The notes under the pieces were generated by a model that worked only from the letters and a program-made list of their open reading frames with translations, ran no database searches and was not told the origin of the DNA. Made by a program: the position numbers and the translations under genes. DNA of 48,525 bases from Candidatus Fraserbacteria bacterium (GTDB lineage: Bacteria > Bipolaricaulota > Bipolaricaulia > RBG-16-55-9 > JANLFV01): the NCBI GenBank assembly GCA_037446135.1, contig JBBIJD010000003.1, positions 4,790 through 53,314 of the forward strand. Reading direction: 5' to 3'. Numbering within the stretch: position 1 is the first letter of the stretch; every line of letters starts with the position of its first letter. This document shows positions 1 through 9,158 of the stretch, piece after piece.

Positions 1-690
1 GATGTCACCCCCCTGGCCAAGGCCATGCGGATCGGCGAGCTGCTCCTGGAGATGAAGAGCCTCAAGGGCCAGCTCCCCGATGAGACCCTCCTGGCGATCG
101 CCCAGGAGATCGGGAGAAAGCTTGAATACGAGGCAGTCGAACAGCTCGTCCAGAAGGTCGCGGAGTTGATCGAGGGGACCGGTCTGGTCGCCGCTGGCAA
201 GCTCGGTGCAGTCGAGCTCCTCCGGATCGAGGAGACGATCACCTCGGTCGGGGACAAGCGGCTCTGCGGCTGGGATATCCGCGCCGGCCTGGGGTATGAG
301 GTCAGCGACCCCATGGGCGGGCCGCCGGACTTCCTGACCCAAGCCGAGCTCAATTATGCAGTAGCGCCGAGCCCGGACGGCCAGTTCCTCGCGAAGCTCG
401 AGTTCAACTCCTCCTTCGAGTTCATGGAGAATTACTCCCTCAGTGGCCTGGTGAGCTATTCTCATCGTGCCAGCCCGAACTTGAGCTATACCGCCAGCTA
501 TGCTTTCCTCCGCTTCCAGCAGCCCGCGCTCGAGCCCCAGCCGCTCGACATCCATGCCCTCGACCTCAAGCTCCTCTTCAAAGGCGGAGCGGGGTGGAGC
601 CTGACGGCGGGTCTATCCTTACAGCGTGCGAGCGACTATGAGGACTGGGTCAAGGAGTTCTCCCTCAGCGCTAGCTACAACGTCTTCTAG
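1..690 (+). CDS. Hypothetical protein, 5'-truncated by the window edge; C-terminal part resembles an outer-membrane beta-barrel
   Basis: Frame is open from base 1 (DVTPLAKAM...). Alternating aromatic/small beta-strand pattern, ending SLSASYNVF with terminal Phe. Confidence 0.6.
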   Translation, partial: DVTPLAKAMRIGELLLEMKSLKGQLPDETLLAIAQEIGRKLEYEAVEQLVQKVAELIEGTGLVAAGKLGAVELLRIEETITSVGDKRLCGWDIRAGLGYEVSDPMGGPPDFLTQAELNYAVAPSPDGQFLAKLEFNSSFEFMENYSLSGLVSYSHRASPNLSYTASYAFLRFQQPALEPQPLDIHALDLKLLFKGGAGWSLTAGLSLQRASDYEDWVKEFSLSASYNVF

Positions 691-694
691 CTAG

Positions 695-2800
695 ATGGAA
701 AAGATCTTCTACCCCGAGAGCCTAGTCGTCCTCGGTGTCTCCCCCAGGGCGGAGAACCTGGGGAAGAATATCATCGCCAACCTCCAGGAGTTCGGCTACC
801 GGGGGAAGATCTACGCAGTGGGAAGGGAGCGGGGTGAGGTCTACGGGGTTAAGATCTATAGCTCGGTGGAGGAGCTACCATCGGGGATCGATCTCGCCGT
901 CTTCCTCACCCCCGCTCACCTCATCCCTGACCTGATGGAGCAGTGCGGGCGAAAGGGGATCAAGTGGGCAGTCATCGAGTCGGCAGGGTTCTCCGAGTTC
1001 TCCGAGGAGGGACGGCTCCTAGAAGAGCGGCTCCTTGGAGTGGCCCGGAGGTGGGGGATCCGCTTCGTCGGGCCGAACTGCCTCGCGATCATCAATCTGG
1101 AGAACGGGCTCTGCCTCCCCTTTGTCCTGGTGAGCCGCTCCGCCGCAAGGCCCGGGAAGGTCTCAGTGGTCTCCCAAAGCGGCGGCGTGGCGCTCACCTA
1201 TGCGAATCTCCTCTCCGTCCCCGGCCTGGGGGTGAGCAAGCTCGTGAGCATCGGGAACAAGCTCGACCTCGATGAGCTCGATTATCTCGAGTATCTGCTC
1301 GCCGATCCGGGGACGGAGCTGATCATCCTCTATCTGGAGGGGATCGAGGACGGTCGGCGGCTGATGGAGCTGGCTCGGGCTTCTCATAAGCCGATCTTGT
1401 TGCACAAGGCCCATCGTGGCCTAGCGAGCCGCGAGATCGCAAGCTCACATACCGCCGCGCTGGCGGATGATGACCGCGTGGTGACCGCCGCGGCATGGCA
1501 GGCCGGGCTTATCCGGGTCCCCGACTTCCGCATGGCGGTGAACACCGTCAAGGCCCTCTTCTTGCCCCCTGTGCAAGGCAATGGCTTGGCGATCATCGCC
1601 CGGACTGGCGGCCATGCCGTGATCGCCGCTGATGGAGCCGAGGCCGCGGGCTTCGAGCTCTGTCAGTTCCCCAAGGCCTTCTTGCGCAAGGTCCAGGGAC
1701 TCTTCCGGGCGAAGGTGATCTGCCCGACCAATCCTTTAGATCTAGGCGACCTCTTCGACCTCAAGCTCTACGCCTGGATCACGGAGCAATGCCTCCGGAT
1801 GGACGGCGTAGATGCGGTCCTCCTCGTCCATACCTATGGTGCCAATACTGAAGGGCCACAGACTCGCGAATTAGTGGCACAGGTGAAGGCCCTCTCGCAA
1901 CGCTACCGCAAGCCTGTGGCGCTGACCCTTCTTACCGAGCGGGAGGAGTTGGCGAGGCTAGAACAGGAGTTGGACTGGCCCTTCTTCCTCGGGATCGAGG
2001 AGGCTCTCCAGGCCTTGGCTACCGCTCGGGACTACCATCTTCGGCAGGAAGCGCGGCTTGCGCGGCCACCAGCTGCGCCGGTCTCGGTGGCGACCATTGC
2101 TAACCCTCGACCTGATGGGCAGATCGAGGAGATCTTGAGTGGGCACGCCCCTGGAGCCCTCCCTTTGGATGTGGCCCTCAAAGTGATCGAGGCCCTAGGG
2201 ATCACGGTCCCGCCCTGGGGAAAAGCCGAGGCAGTGGAGGAAGCGATCGAGTGCGCAAAGCGCCTCGGCTATCCCCTGGCACTGAAGGTCATCTCCCCCC
2301 AGGCGCTCCACAAGACCGAGCTCGGCGGGCTCGCCTTAAACATCGCGGATGAGGAGCAACTGGTGCGAGAATACCGAGCACTATTCGCCCGAGTCCGGGA
2401 GCGGGCTCCCCAGGCCGAGATTAAGAGCATCCTCTTGCAGCGGATGGCCTCCGGGGGGGAGGAGTTGATCCTCGGCGGGCGGCGAGAGCGGGCCTTCGGG
2501 CCGGTAGCCTTGCTCGGGCTCGGAGGGATCTATGCCGAGCTTCTGGCTAAGACCGCACTTCGAGTGGCCCCCCTGACTGGAGAGGAGGCGGAGGAGATGA
2601 TCAAAGAGCTAGGGCTGGATCGACTCATCCGCGGTTTCCGCGGGAGGCCGCCACTCGACAAGGAGGCCCTGATCGAGGCGATCCTGAAGGTCTCCCAACT
2701 CCTCGTTACCCAGCCGAGGATCGCTGAGTTGGACATTAACCCCCTCATCCTTCGGGAAGAGGGCCTCCTAGCCCTCGATGCCCGGATCTTGCTCTCTTAG
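695..2800 (+). CDS. ADP-forming acetate/acyl-CoA ligase, fused alpha+beta
   Basis: CoA-binding N-terminus, GPNC, SQSGG, SIGNKLD, phospho-His SSHTAALA, NPLDL, ATP-grasp LHKTELGG and ELDINP. Confidence 0.9.
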   Translation: MEKIFYPESLVVLGVSPRAENLGKNIIANLQEFGYRGKIYAVGRERGEVYGVKIYSSVEELPSGIDLAVFLTPAHLIPDLMEQCGRKGIKWAVIESAGFSEFSEEGRLLEERLLGVARRWGIRFVGPNCLAIINLENGLCLPFVLVSRSAARPGKVSVVSQSGGVALTYANLLSVPGLGVSKLVSIGNKLDLDELDYLEYLLADPGTELIILYLEGIEDGRRLMELARASHKPILLHKAHRGLASREIASSHTAALADDDRVVTAAAWQAGLIRVPDFRMAVNTVKALFLPPVQGNGLAIIARTGGHAVIAADGAEAAGFELCQFPKAFLRKVQGLFRAKVICPTNPLDLGDLFDLKLYAWITEQCLRMDGVDAVLLVHTYGANTEGPQTRELVAQVKALSQRYRKPVALTLLTEREELARLEQELDWPFFLGIEEALQALATARDYHLRQEARLARPPAAPVSVATIANPRPDGQIEEILSGHAPGALPLDVALKVIEALGITVPPWGKAEAVEEAIECAKRLGYPLALKVISPQALHKTELGGLALNIADEEQLVREYRALFARVRERAPQAEIKSILLQRMASGGEELILGGRRERAFGPVALLGLGGIYAELLAKTALRVAPLTGEEAEEMIKELGLDRLIRGFRGRPPLDKEALIEAILKVSQLLVTQPRIAELDINPLILREEGLLALDARILLS

Positions 2801-3889
2801 TCAGTCGGCGCTTCGAGCCCCCAAGACCTCCGCCAGGTGCTGCTCCCGCTCGGCCCGCGCTAAGGCCGTGATGAGCGGATCGAGGTCTCCAGCCAGGACC
2901 CCCTCTAGTTGATAGAGGGTGAGGTCGATCCGATGATCAGTCACCCGATTCTGGGGGAAGTTGTAGGTCCGGACCTTCTCGCTCCGCATCGCCCGGCCGA
3001 TCTGGGAGCGACGGGTCACGGTCAGCTCCTCTTCCTGCTCCGCCTCCAGGCGCTCCTTGAGCCGGGCCCGGAGGATCTTCATTGCCTTCTCCTTATTCTT
3101 ATGCTGGGAGCGGGCGTCCTGGCAGGTCACGACCAGGCCCGTCGGCTTATGGGTGATCCGGACAGCCGACTCGGTCCGGTTGGCATGCTGTCCCCCCGGG
3201 CCGGAGGAGCGGAAGGTCTCGATCTCCAGCTCCTCCTCATCGATGTGGAGCTCGACCTCCTCAGTCTCGGGGAGGACGGCGACCGTGGCTGTCGAGGTAT
3301 GGATCCTTCCTGAGGCCTCAGTCACGGGGACCCGCTGGACACGGTGGACCCCGCTCTCATACTTGAATAGGCCGTAGGCCCCTCTCCCCTCGACGGCGAA
3401 GATGAGGCTCTTGAACCCCCCGAGCGGGGTCGGATGAGAGTCCATCACATCGATCCGCAGCCCCTTCTTCTCCGCATACTTCTGATACATCCGGAAGAGG
3501 TCGGCCGCGAAGAGGGCCGACTCCTCCCCGCCCGCACCGGCCCGGATCTCCACAATCGCCCCCCTGGCATCCCGAGGGTCCCCCGGGACCAAGAGGAGCT
3601 GGACCTCCTCCAAGAGGCGCGCTCGCCGCTCCCGGTCGCGCCGGAGTTCCTCGAGGATCAATTCCTTCAGCTCCTCGTCCTCCTCCGCGGCGAGCATCGC
3701 CTCTTCCTCGGCGATCTCCTGCTCCAGGAGCTTCAGCTCTTTGTAATGCTCGGCCAGCTCCTTGAGCCGGGCATAGCGCTGGGAGAGCTCGGCATACTCC
3801 CGCGTCCCGGCCAAGGAGGGATTCCCCAGCTCCTCTTCCAGCTTCCTCAGCTCCACTTCGACCTCTGCCATCCTCGCCAAGATGTCCAT
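2801..3889 (-). CDS. prfA: Peptide chain release factor 1
   Basis: GGQ motif (SGPGGQH), RF1-specific PVT (RVQRVPVTE), [15 protein letters not shown]. Start moved to ATG 3889 (MDILAR), downstream of AGGAGG. Confidence 0.96.
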   Translation of the reverse strand: MDILARMAEVEVELRKLEEELGNPSLAGTREYAELSQRYARLKELAEHYKELKLLEQEIAEEEAMLAAEEDEELKELILEELRRDRERRARLLEEVQLLLVPGDPRDARGAIVEIRAGAGGEESALFAADLFRMYQKYAEKKGLRIDVMDSHPTPLGGFKSLIFAVEGRGAYGLFKYESGVHRVQRVPVTEASGRIHTSTATVAVLPETEEVELHIDEEELEIETFRSSGPGGQHANRTESAVRITHKPTGLVVTCQDARSQHKNKEKAMKILRARLKERLEAEQEEELTVTRRSQIGRAMRSEKVRTYNFPQNRVTDHRIDLTLYQLEGVLAGDLDPLITALARAEREQHLAEVLGARSAD

Positions 3890-3933
3890 AGTCACCTTAA
3901 TTAAACCTCCTACCCCTCGCGCTTGCAACCGGC

Positions 3934-3961
3934 TTGACCGCCCCCGCGAGCATGTTATAAT
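3934..3961 (+). promoter_or_regulatory. Sigma70-type promoter
   Basis: TTGACC-16 nt-TATAAT with extended TG, ahead of ATG 3984. Confidence 0.7.
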
Positions 3962-3983
3962 TATCACAGATGGGGGGAACGAG

Positions 3984-4361
3984 ATGAATAAGCTCTTCTT
4001 GGGCGTGGGTGCGATCGCTGTCCTCATCCTCTTGGCTTTCTTCGGGGGGATGAGGCTCGGCCGATCCCAGGTCTACGACCAGCTCAGCTTCGGCATGGAC
4101 GGCGAGATCCTCGTCAAGGTCCCTTACGAGGGGACAGAGGTCATCGTCAAGCGCTATAAGGATGATGATATCATCGGTATCCTCAACGCCGGGCTGGCCT
4201 TCGATGAGGGTCTGAAAGCCCGGATCGACTCCCAACTCCGGCGGGTCGAGGGCCTAGAGCGGTATAGCTGGGGGAACAACGAGCTGACGCTTGTGAAGAT
4301 CGACACCGCCCGCTGGGAGAAGCTCATCCAGGAGGTCCTCTCGACCCTCTTCCGCCGGTGA
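3984..4361 (+). CDS. Membrane-anchored hypothetical protein (125 aa), possible Nfu_N-like C-terminal fold
   Basis: N-terminal hydrophobic helix ([19 protein letters not shown]); own promoter and G-rich RBS. Confidence 0.7.
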   Translation: MNKLFLGVGAIAVLILLAFFGGMRLGRSQVYDQLSFGMDGEILVKVPYEGTEVIVKRYKDDDIIGILNAGLAFDEGLKARIDSQLRRVEGLERYSWGNNELTLVKIDTARWEKLIQEVLSTLFRR

Positions 4362-4368
4362 GCCGCTC

Positions 4369-4397
4369 TTGACAGACGGCGGCTCAGTCGATATACT
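4369..4397 (+). promoter_or_regulatory. Sigma70-type promoter of the cold-shock gene
   Basis: TTGACA-17 nt-TATACT; implies a ~160-nt 5' UTR. Confidence 0.8.
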
Positions 4398-4565
4398 TAG
4401 CCGTCTGCAGTAGGGATTGAGTCGTGGTTGTGTGTGACCTACTCAGTCGGGGCAGGAGTCGCTTTTATGACTGGATCTAGATGCGCGCCGCAAGAGGCCC
4501 CTAGCCGGGCCTCCCTGGGCCAGCAGCGATAGAACAGTCAAATTTAAGCAGACAGGGAGGTCAGT

Positions 4566-4769
4566 ATGGCTAAGGGGACCGTTAAGTGGTTCAACAACGC
4601 CAAGGGCTACGGCTTCATCACCCAGGACAACGGCGATGAGCTCTTCGTCCACTTCACGGGGATCAAGGGCCAAGGGTTCCGGACCCTCCGCGAAGGCCAG
4701 GCGGTCCAGTTCGACATCGAGCAGGACGCCAAAGGCCCAAGGGCGGTCAATGTCGTGCCATTAGACTAA
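4566..4769 (+). CDS. cspA: Cold-shock protein
   Basis: GTVKWFN, RNP1 KGYGFI, RNP2 LFVHF; GGGAGG RBS. Confidence 0.96.
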   Translation: MAKGTVKWFNNAKGYGFITQDNGDELFVHFTGIKGQGFRTLREGQAVQFDIEQDAKGPRAVNVVPLD

Positions 4770-4795
4770 GCTGAAGCTTGCCCATGCGAGAACGA

Positions 4796-4831
4796 GGAGG
4801 CCCCATGAGGGATCATGGGGCCTCCCCTTTT
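4796..4831 (+). terminator. Intrinsic terminator after cspA
   Basis: 13-bp stem GGAGGCCCCATGA/TCATGGGGCCTCC, GGGA loop, then CCTTTT. Confidence 0.75.
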
Positions 4832-4903
4832 CTCGAACCCGAGCCTGTCACCAGTCAGTTGCATCGAGGCCACAGGGCTGGTAAGATCGCGGCGAAAGGG
4901 GAG

Positions 4904-5653
4904 ATGTTGAGAGCGCTCTTCCGCAGTGCCCGAAAAGATTTCGTCCGGGGCCTATGGGTCACCCTCCCGATCCTCGCGACCCTTTATATCCTCTGGCTCA
5001 TCTACCGCTTCTTCCTCGGCCTGACCGATGCCACCCTCGGGGCCTTCCTCATCGGGCTGTGGGGGAGGCACTGGTGGGTCTCGTTCGTCGAATTCTCATT
5101 CACCATCATCGCCACCGTGGCGCTCGTCTGGCTCCTCGGCTTCATGACCCGCCACTACGCCGGACAGGCCCTCCATCGCTACCTCGAGCGGCTCCTCAGG
5201 CGGCTCCCCTTGATCAATCAGGCCTATGGGATCACGAAGCAGGTGACGGCTGCCCTCTTCCGGGCCGATGTCCCGGCCTTCAAGAAGGTCGTCCTGATCC
5301 AATACCCCCGGAAGGGGGTCTATACTCTGGGCTTCATCACCCAAGAGGATGCCGGGAAGCTGGGCAAGGCCGTGAAGGACGAGGTCGTCACCGTCTACGC
5401 CCCGACCTCACCCAACCCCTTCTCCGGGTGGGTCCTGCTCATCCCCAGGGAGGAGGTCATCTACACCGATGTCAGCGTCGAGGAGGGGCTCAGGCTGGTC
5501 ATCTCCGGGGGCGTGATCATCCCCGGGTTAGAGCTGGAGGAGGAGCTCCCCCCCGGAGGGGAGAGCTGGCTCGGGCGGCTCTTCCGGCGGGGGCGGAAGG
5601 CCCGGTTTGAGCCCGCTCCTCAAGGGGACTATAATGGCAAGGCAGGAGGGTGA
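4904..5653 (+). CDS. DUF502 family membrane protein
   Basis: GLWVTLPILAT, VVLIQYPRKGVY, APTSPNPFSGW, SVEEGLRLVISGG. Start at ATG 4904, past the terminator. Confidence 0.88.
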   Translation: MLRALFRSARKDFVRGLWVTLPILATLYILWLIYRFFLGLTDATLGAFLIGLWGRHWWVSFVEFSFTIIATVALVWLLGFMTRHYAGQALHRYLERLLRRLPLINQAYGITKQVTAALFRADVPAFKKVVLIQYPRKGVYTLGFITQEDAGKLGKAVKDEVVTVYAPTSPNPFSGWVLLIPREEVIYTDVSVEEGLRLVISGGVIIPGLELEEELPPGGESWLGRLFRRGRKARFEPAPQGDYNGKAGG

Positions 5654-5660
5654 TCGGAAG

Positions 5661-6383
5661 ATGATCTTCTGGGAGGAGGGCTGCGAGGGTGAGGGCCCCT
5701 GGATCTTCTCCTCGCTGAATGAAGAGGGGCAGCGGGAGCTGGCCTCGCTCCTCCGCCCGATCGAATACGACAAGGATGAGGTGATCTTCCAGGAAGGGGA
5801 GTTGGCCTTCGGGCTATATATCGTCTGTCGGGGCCGGGTGAAGTTGGCGAAGCGCTCGAGCAAGGGGAAGCGGCAAATCCTCAAGCTGGTCGGGCCGGGC
5901 GAGCTCTTGGGTGAGAAGACGATGTTCGATCAAGAGACCTACACGGCCTATGCCAAGACGCTCGAGCCGACGAGGCTCTACTTCATCGAGCGGGGGGCGT
6001 TCCTCGACTTCCTCCGCCGCCACCCTCAGGTGGCGATCAACCTGATCGAGAAGTTGGCCCGGGAATTGAAGAGCTTCCAGAACCGGCTCCTGGAGATCTC
6101 CTACGAGGGGAGCACCGAGCGACTGGCCCGGCTCCTCCTGAAGGTCGGGGAGGTCTGTGGCGTCCCTGAGGGGGATCGCCTCTATCTTGGGGTCGACCTC
6201 TCGCGGGCCGAGCTGGCGGAGATGGCCGGGATCTCCACGGAGACGGCGATCCGGACCCTCTCCCGTCTACGGGAGCGGGGGCTGGTGGAGCTCGAGGGGC
6301 ATAAGATCTATATCCGCGACCGGGCGGGGCTAGAGCGGCTGGCTGAATCGACCCTCTCGACCGTTCCTGGGGACTCCTCTTGA
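5661..6383 (+). CDS. Crp/Fnr family transcriptional regulator
   Basis: cNMP-type beta-roll (IFQEGE, GRVKL, GELLGE); HTH SRAELAEMAGISTETAIRTL. Start uncertain (5634 or 5661). Confidence 0.92.
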   Translation: MIFWEEGCEGEGPWIFSSLNEEGQRELASLLRPIEYDKDEVIFQEGELAFGLYIVCRGRVKLAKRSSKGKRQILKLVGPGELLGEKTMFDQETYTAYAKTLEPTRLYFIERGAFLDFLRRHPQVAINLIEKLARELKSFQNRLLEISYEGSTERLARLLLKVGEVCGVPEGDRLYLGVDLSRAELAEMAGISTETAIRTLSRLRERGLVELEGHKIYIRDRAGLERLAESTLSTVPGDSS

Positions 6384-6392
6384 TGAGGCTCG

Positions 6393-6408
6393 GATGATCC
6401 GGATCATC
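6393..6408. promoter_or_regulatory. FNR-box-like palindrome upstream of hypA
   Basis: Perfect 16-bp palindrome GATGATCCGGATCATC containing TGAT-N4-ATCA. Confidence 0.6.
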
Positions 6409-6474
6409 TGATCCAGTGACTATGGTCATGGTGGCCCGCCCCAGGCCCGGTGAGACTCCCCTCGAGGGATCAAG

Positions 6475-6870
6475 GTGCATGAATACTCCGTCGCGGAAGA
6501 GCTCGTCCGGGCGATCCTCGCCCAGTTGGCCGAACGGGGCCTCACAGGGGAGCGGGTCGAAGAGGTCCACCTGCGGAAGGGCGAGCTCCGCCTCCTCTCC
6601 GATGAGGCCTTAAAGCAGGCCTACGAGATCCTCAGTCTCGGGACCCCTCTTGAGGGGTCGAGGCTGGTCCTGGAAGAGGTCAAGGCCCTCGTGGCTTGCA
6701 AGAGCTGCGGCTATCGCGGCCCGCTCGGCTACTGCGATGATCCCTCCTTCCACTTCCTCACCCCGATCCTAGAGTGCCCCCGCTGCGGAGGGCTGGTGGA
6801 GCTGATCCACGGGCGCGAGCTCGAGCTAGTCCAGTTGGTCCTCTCAGCCCCTGAGGAGGTCAAAGAGTGA
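6475..6870 (+). CDS. hypA: Hydrogenase maturation nickel metallochaperone
   Basis: MHE N-terminus, CKSC and CPRC Zn motifs, GREL. Confidence 0.95.
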   Translation: MHEYSVAEELVRAILAQLAERGLTGERVEEVHLRKGELRLLSDEALKQAYEILSLGTPLEGSRLVLEEVKALVACKSCGYRGPLGYCDDPSFHFLTPILECPRCGGLVELIHGRELELVQLVLSAPEEVKE

Positions 6871-6871
6871 G

Positions 6872-9157
6872 GTGAGGGGGGAAGGGCTCATCCGGCGGAG
6901 GATCTCGGTCCGGGGGATCGTCCAGGGGGTCGGCTTCCGGCCATTCGTCTACCGAATTGCTGTGAGGAACGGTCTTTCAGGGAGGGTGAAGAACCTGGGC
7001 GACGCTGGGGTGGAGATCATCGTCGAGGGTTCGCCGGACCAGATCGGGCAATTCCTTCAGGATCTGAAGTTGCGGAAGCCACCGCTCGCCGAGATCGAGG
7101 AGCTCGAGATCGCCGAACTCCCGCGGGATGGCCTGCTCAGCTCCTTCAAGATCGAGCGCTCGGAGAGAGGAGAGGGGGGCTCGGGGACGATCCCCCCGGA
7201 TACGGCGATCTGTCCAAGCTGCTTGGAAGATCTCCGCGGCCCGAGTCGCTACCATAGCTACTGGGCCACCTCCTGCACCGACTGCGGCCCGCGGTTCACC
7301 ACGATCCGCGCACTCCCCTATGACCGCGAGCGGACCTCCTTCGCGGAGTTCCCGATGTGCCCCGACTGTGCGAAAGAATACACCGACCCGCTCAACCGGC
7401 GCTACCATGCTCAGACGATCGCCTGCCCGAGGTGCGGCCCGCGGCTCTATTTCAACGGCTCTCCCGAGGGGGATCCGATCCTCAAGGCCGCTTTAGCCCT
7501 CAAGGCCGAGAGGATCGTGGCCATCAAGGGGCTGGGGGGGACCCACCTAGCCTGCGATGCCACGAATGAGGCGGCCGTCTCGCGGCTCCGGCAGCGGCTC
7601 GGCCGGCCGGCTCAGCCGTTCGCACTCATGGCCACGGAGGCCCAACTTCCGCAGCTTGCCGAGGTCTCCCCACAAGAGTGGGAGATGCTCCGCTCCCCGA
7701 GGCGGCCGATTGTAGTGTTGAATAAGCGGCGAGACTCGCCGCTCGCCCACTCAGTCGCACCCGGTCTGCACAATGTCGGGATCATGCTCCCCTATACCGG
7801 GCTGCACTACCTGCTCTTCGAGCATCTGCCCTTCCCATTGGTGATGACCTCGGCCAACATGCCCGGAAGGCCGATGCTCATCGAGGACCGCGAGATCCAG
7901 AGCCGCTTAGAGGGGGTTGCCGACGACTTCCTCCTCCACGATCGGGAGATCGTCGCAAGGTGCGACGACTCCGTCCTCCGCTACACTAAAGGCTGGCGGT
8001 TCATCCGCCGGTCCCGCGGCTGGGTCCCGACCCCGATCGAGCTCGACCTCGGCGCGGAGCCGCTCTTGGCCCTCGGCGCGGAGTTAAACAATACCTTCAC
8101 CCTCTACCTCGACCGGAAATGCTACCTATCCCAGCATATCGGCCATGTCGATGATCCGGAGACCCTCCAATTCCTCCGAGAGGCCATCGAGCACCTCCTT
8201 GCGATCACCGGGGCAAAGCTCCCTCGTGTGGTGGCCTGCGACCTCCATCCGCGGTTCCTCACCACTCAGTTGGCCAGGGAGCTGGGGGAGAAGGTCATCC
8301 CCGTCCAGCACCATCACGCCCACATCGCTGCCGTCCTCGGGGAGTATGGGCTAGAGAGGGCCGTCGGGCTGGCCCTCGACGGCGTCGGCTACGGGACCGA
8401 TGGCCGGATCTGGGGTGGAGAGGTCCTCCTTGCCGACCGGGCCGACTTCAGCCGCATCGGCGGCTTGAAGAGCGTCCCGATGGCCGGAGGGGACCTGGCG
8501 ACCCGCTTCCCCGCGAGGATGGCCGCAGGCTTCCTCTATGCCGCTGGGCTGCGCGGTCAGGAGTTGAAAAGGCTGTTGGAGAAACATCTTTCCTTCCGGA
8601 GCTCACAAGGGTTAGAGCTGGTGCTAAGGCAGCTTGAGCGGGGCCTGAATGTCTTCCAGACGAGCAGTGCCGGGCGGTTCCTCGATGCAGTCAGCGCGCT
8701 CTTGGGGATCTGCTCTGAGCGGACTTACGAGGGCGAGCCGGCGATGAGGCTCGAGGCGGCGGCAAGAGAAGGGAAAGTGATCCAACTCGAGCTCCCCTTC
8801 ACGACCGAGGGAGGCCGCCGGGCCCTGGACACACCGCAGCTCTTCCTGGAGCTCCTCGAGCTTAAGCTTAAAGGCCGGCATAGGCCGGAGGATATCGCGG
8901 CGACGGCCCAGTGGGCCTTGGCTGCGGGGCTGGCCCAGTTGGCCCTCGCCTCCGCTTTGGAGAAGGGGCTCAAGGAGGTCGCGCTCGCCGGCGGGGTGGC
9001 CTACAATGAGGCAATTGTGGGCACGATCAAAGATGAAGTGGAAGGGGCCGGGCTCCGGCTCTATGTGAATGAGAAGGTCCCCTGCGGTGATGGTGGAATC
9101 TCTTTTGGCCAGGCGGTCGTGGCCGGGACGAAGCTCCGGCTCGGCCTAGTTAGCTAG
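6872..9157 (+). CDS. hypF: Carbamoyltransferase HypF
   Basis: Acylphosphatase GIVQGVGFRPF, Zn fingers CTDCGPRF/CPRCGP, YrdC domain, QHHHAH, DGVGYG, DGGISFGQ. Confidence 0.97.
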   Translation: MRGEGLIRRRISVRGIVQGVGFRPFVYRIAVRNGLSGRVKNLGDAGVEIIVEGSPDQIGQFLQDLKLRKPPLAEIEELEIAELPRDGLLSSFKIERSERGEGGSGTIPPDTAICPSCLEDLRGPSRYHSYWATSCTDCGPRFTTIRALPYDRERTSFAEFPMCPDCAKEYTDPLNRRYHAQTIACPRCGPRLYFNGSPEGDPILKAALALKAERIVAIKGLGGTHLACDATNEAAVSRLRQRLGRPAQPFALMATEAQLPQLAEVSPQEWEMLRSPRRPIVVLNKRRDSPLAHSVAPGLHNVGIMLPYTGLHYLLFEHLPFPLVMTSANMPGRPMLIEDREIQSRLEGVADDFLLHDREIVARCDDSVLRYTKGWRFIRRSRGWVPTPIELDLGAEPLLALGAELNNTFTLYLDRKCYLSQHIGHVDDPETLQFLREAIEHLLAITGAKLPRVVACDLHPRFLTTQLARELGEKVIPVQHHHAHIAAVLGEYGLERAVGLALDGVGYGTDGRIWGGEVLLADRADFSRIGGLKSVPMAGGDLATRFPARMAAGFLYAAGLRGQELKRLLEKHLSFRSSQGLELVLRQLERGLNVFQTSSAGRFLDAVSALLGICSERTYEGEPAMRLEAAAREGKVIQLELPFTTEGGRRALDTPQLFLELLELKLKGRHRPEDIAATAQWALAAGLAQLALASALEKGLKEVALAGGVAYNEAIVGTIKDEVEGAGLRLYVNEKVPCGDGGISFGQAVVAGTKLRLGLVS

Positions 9158-9158
9158 C

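Noticed and set aside
3890-4027. N-terminal extension of the prfA ORF
   Set aside because: It overlaps the divergent promoter and gene; the RBS and RF1 homology begin near 3889-3895.
4778-4903. N-terminal extension of the DUF502 ORF
   Set aside because: It runs through the cspA terminator; ATG 4904 has a better RBS.
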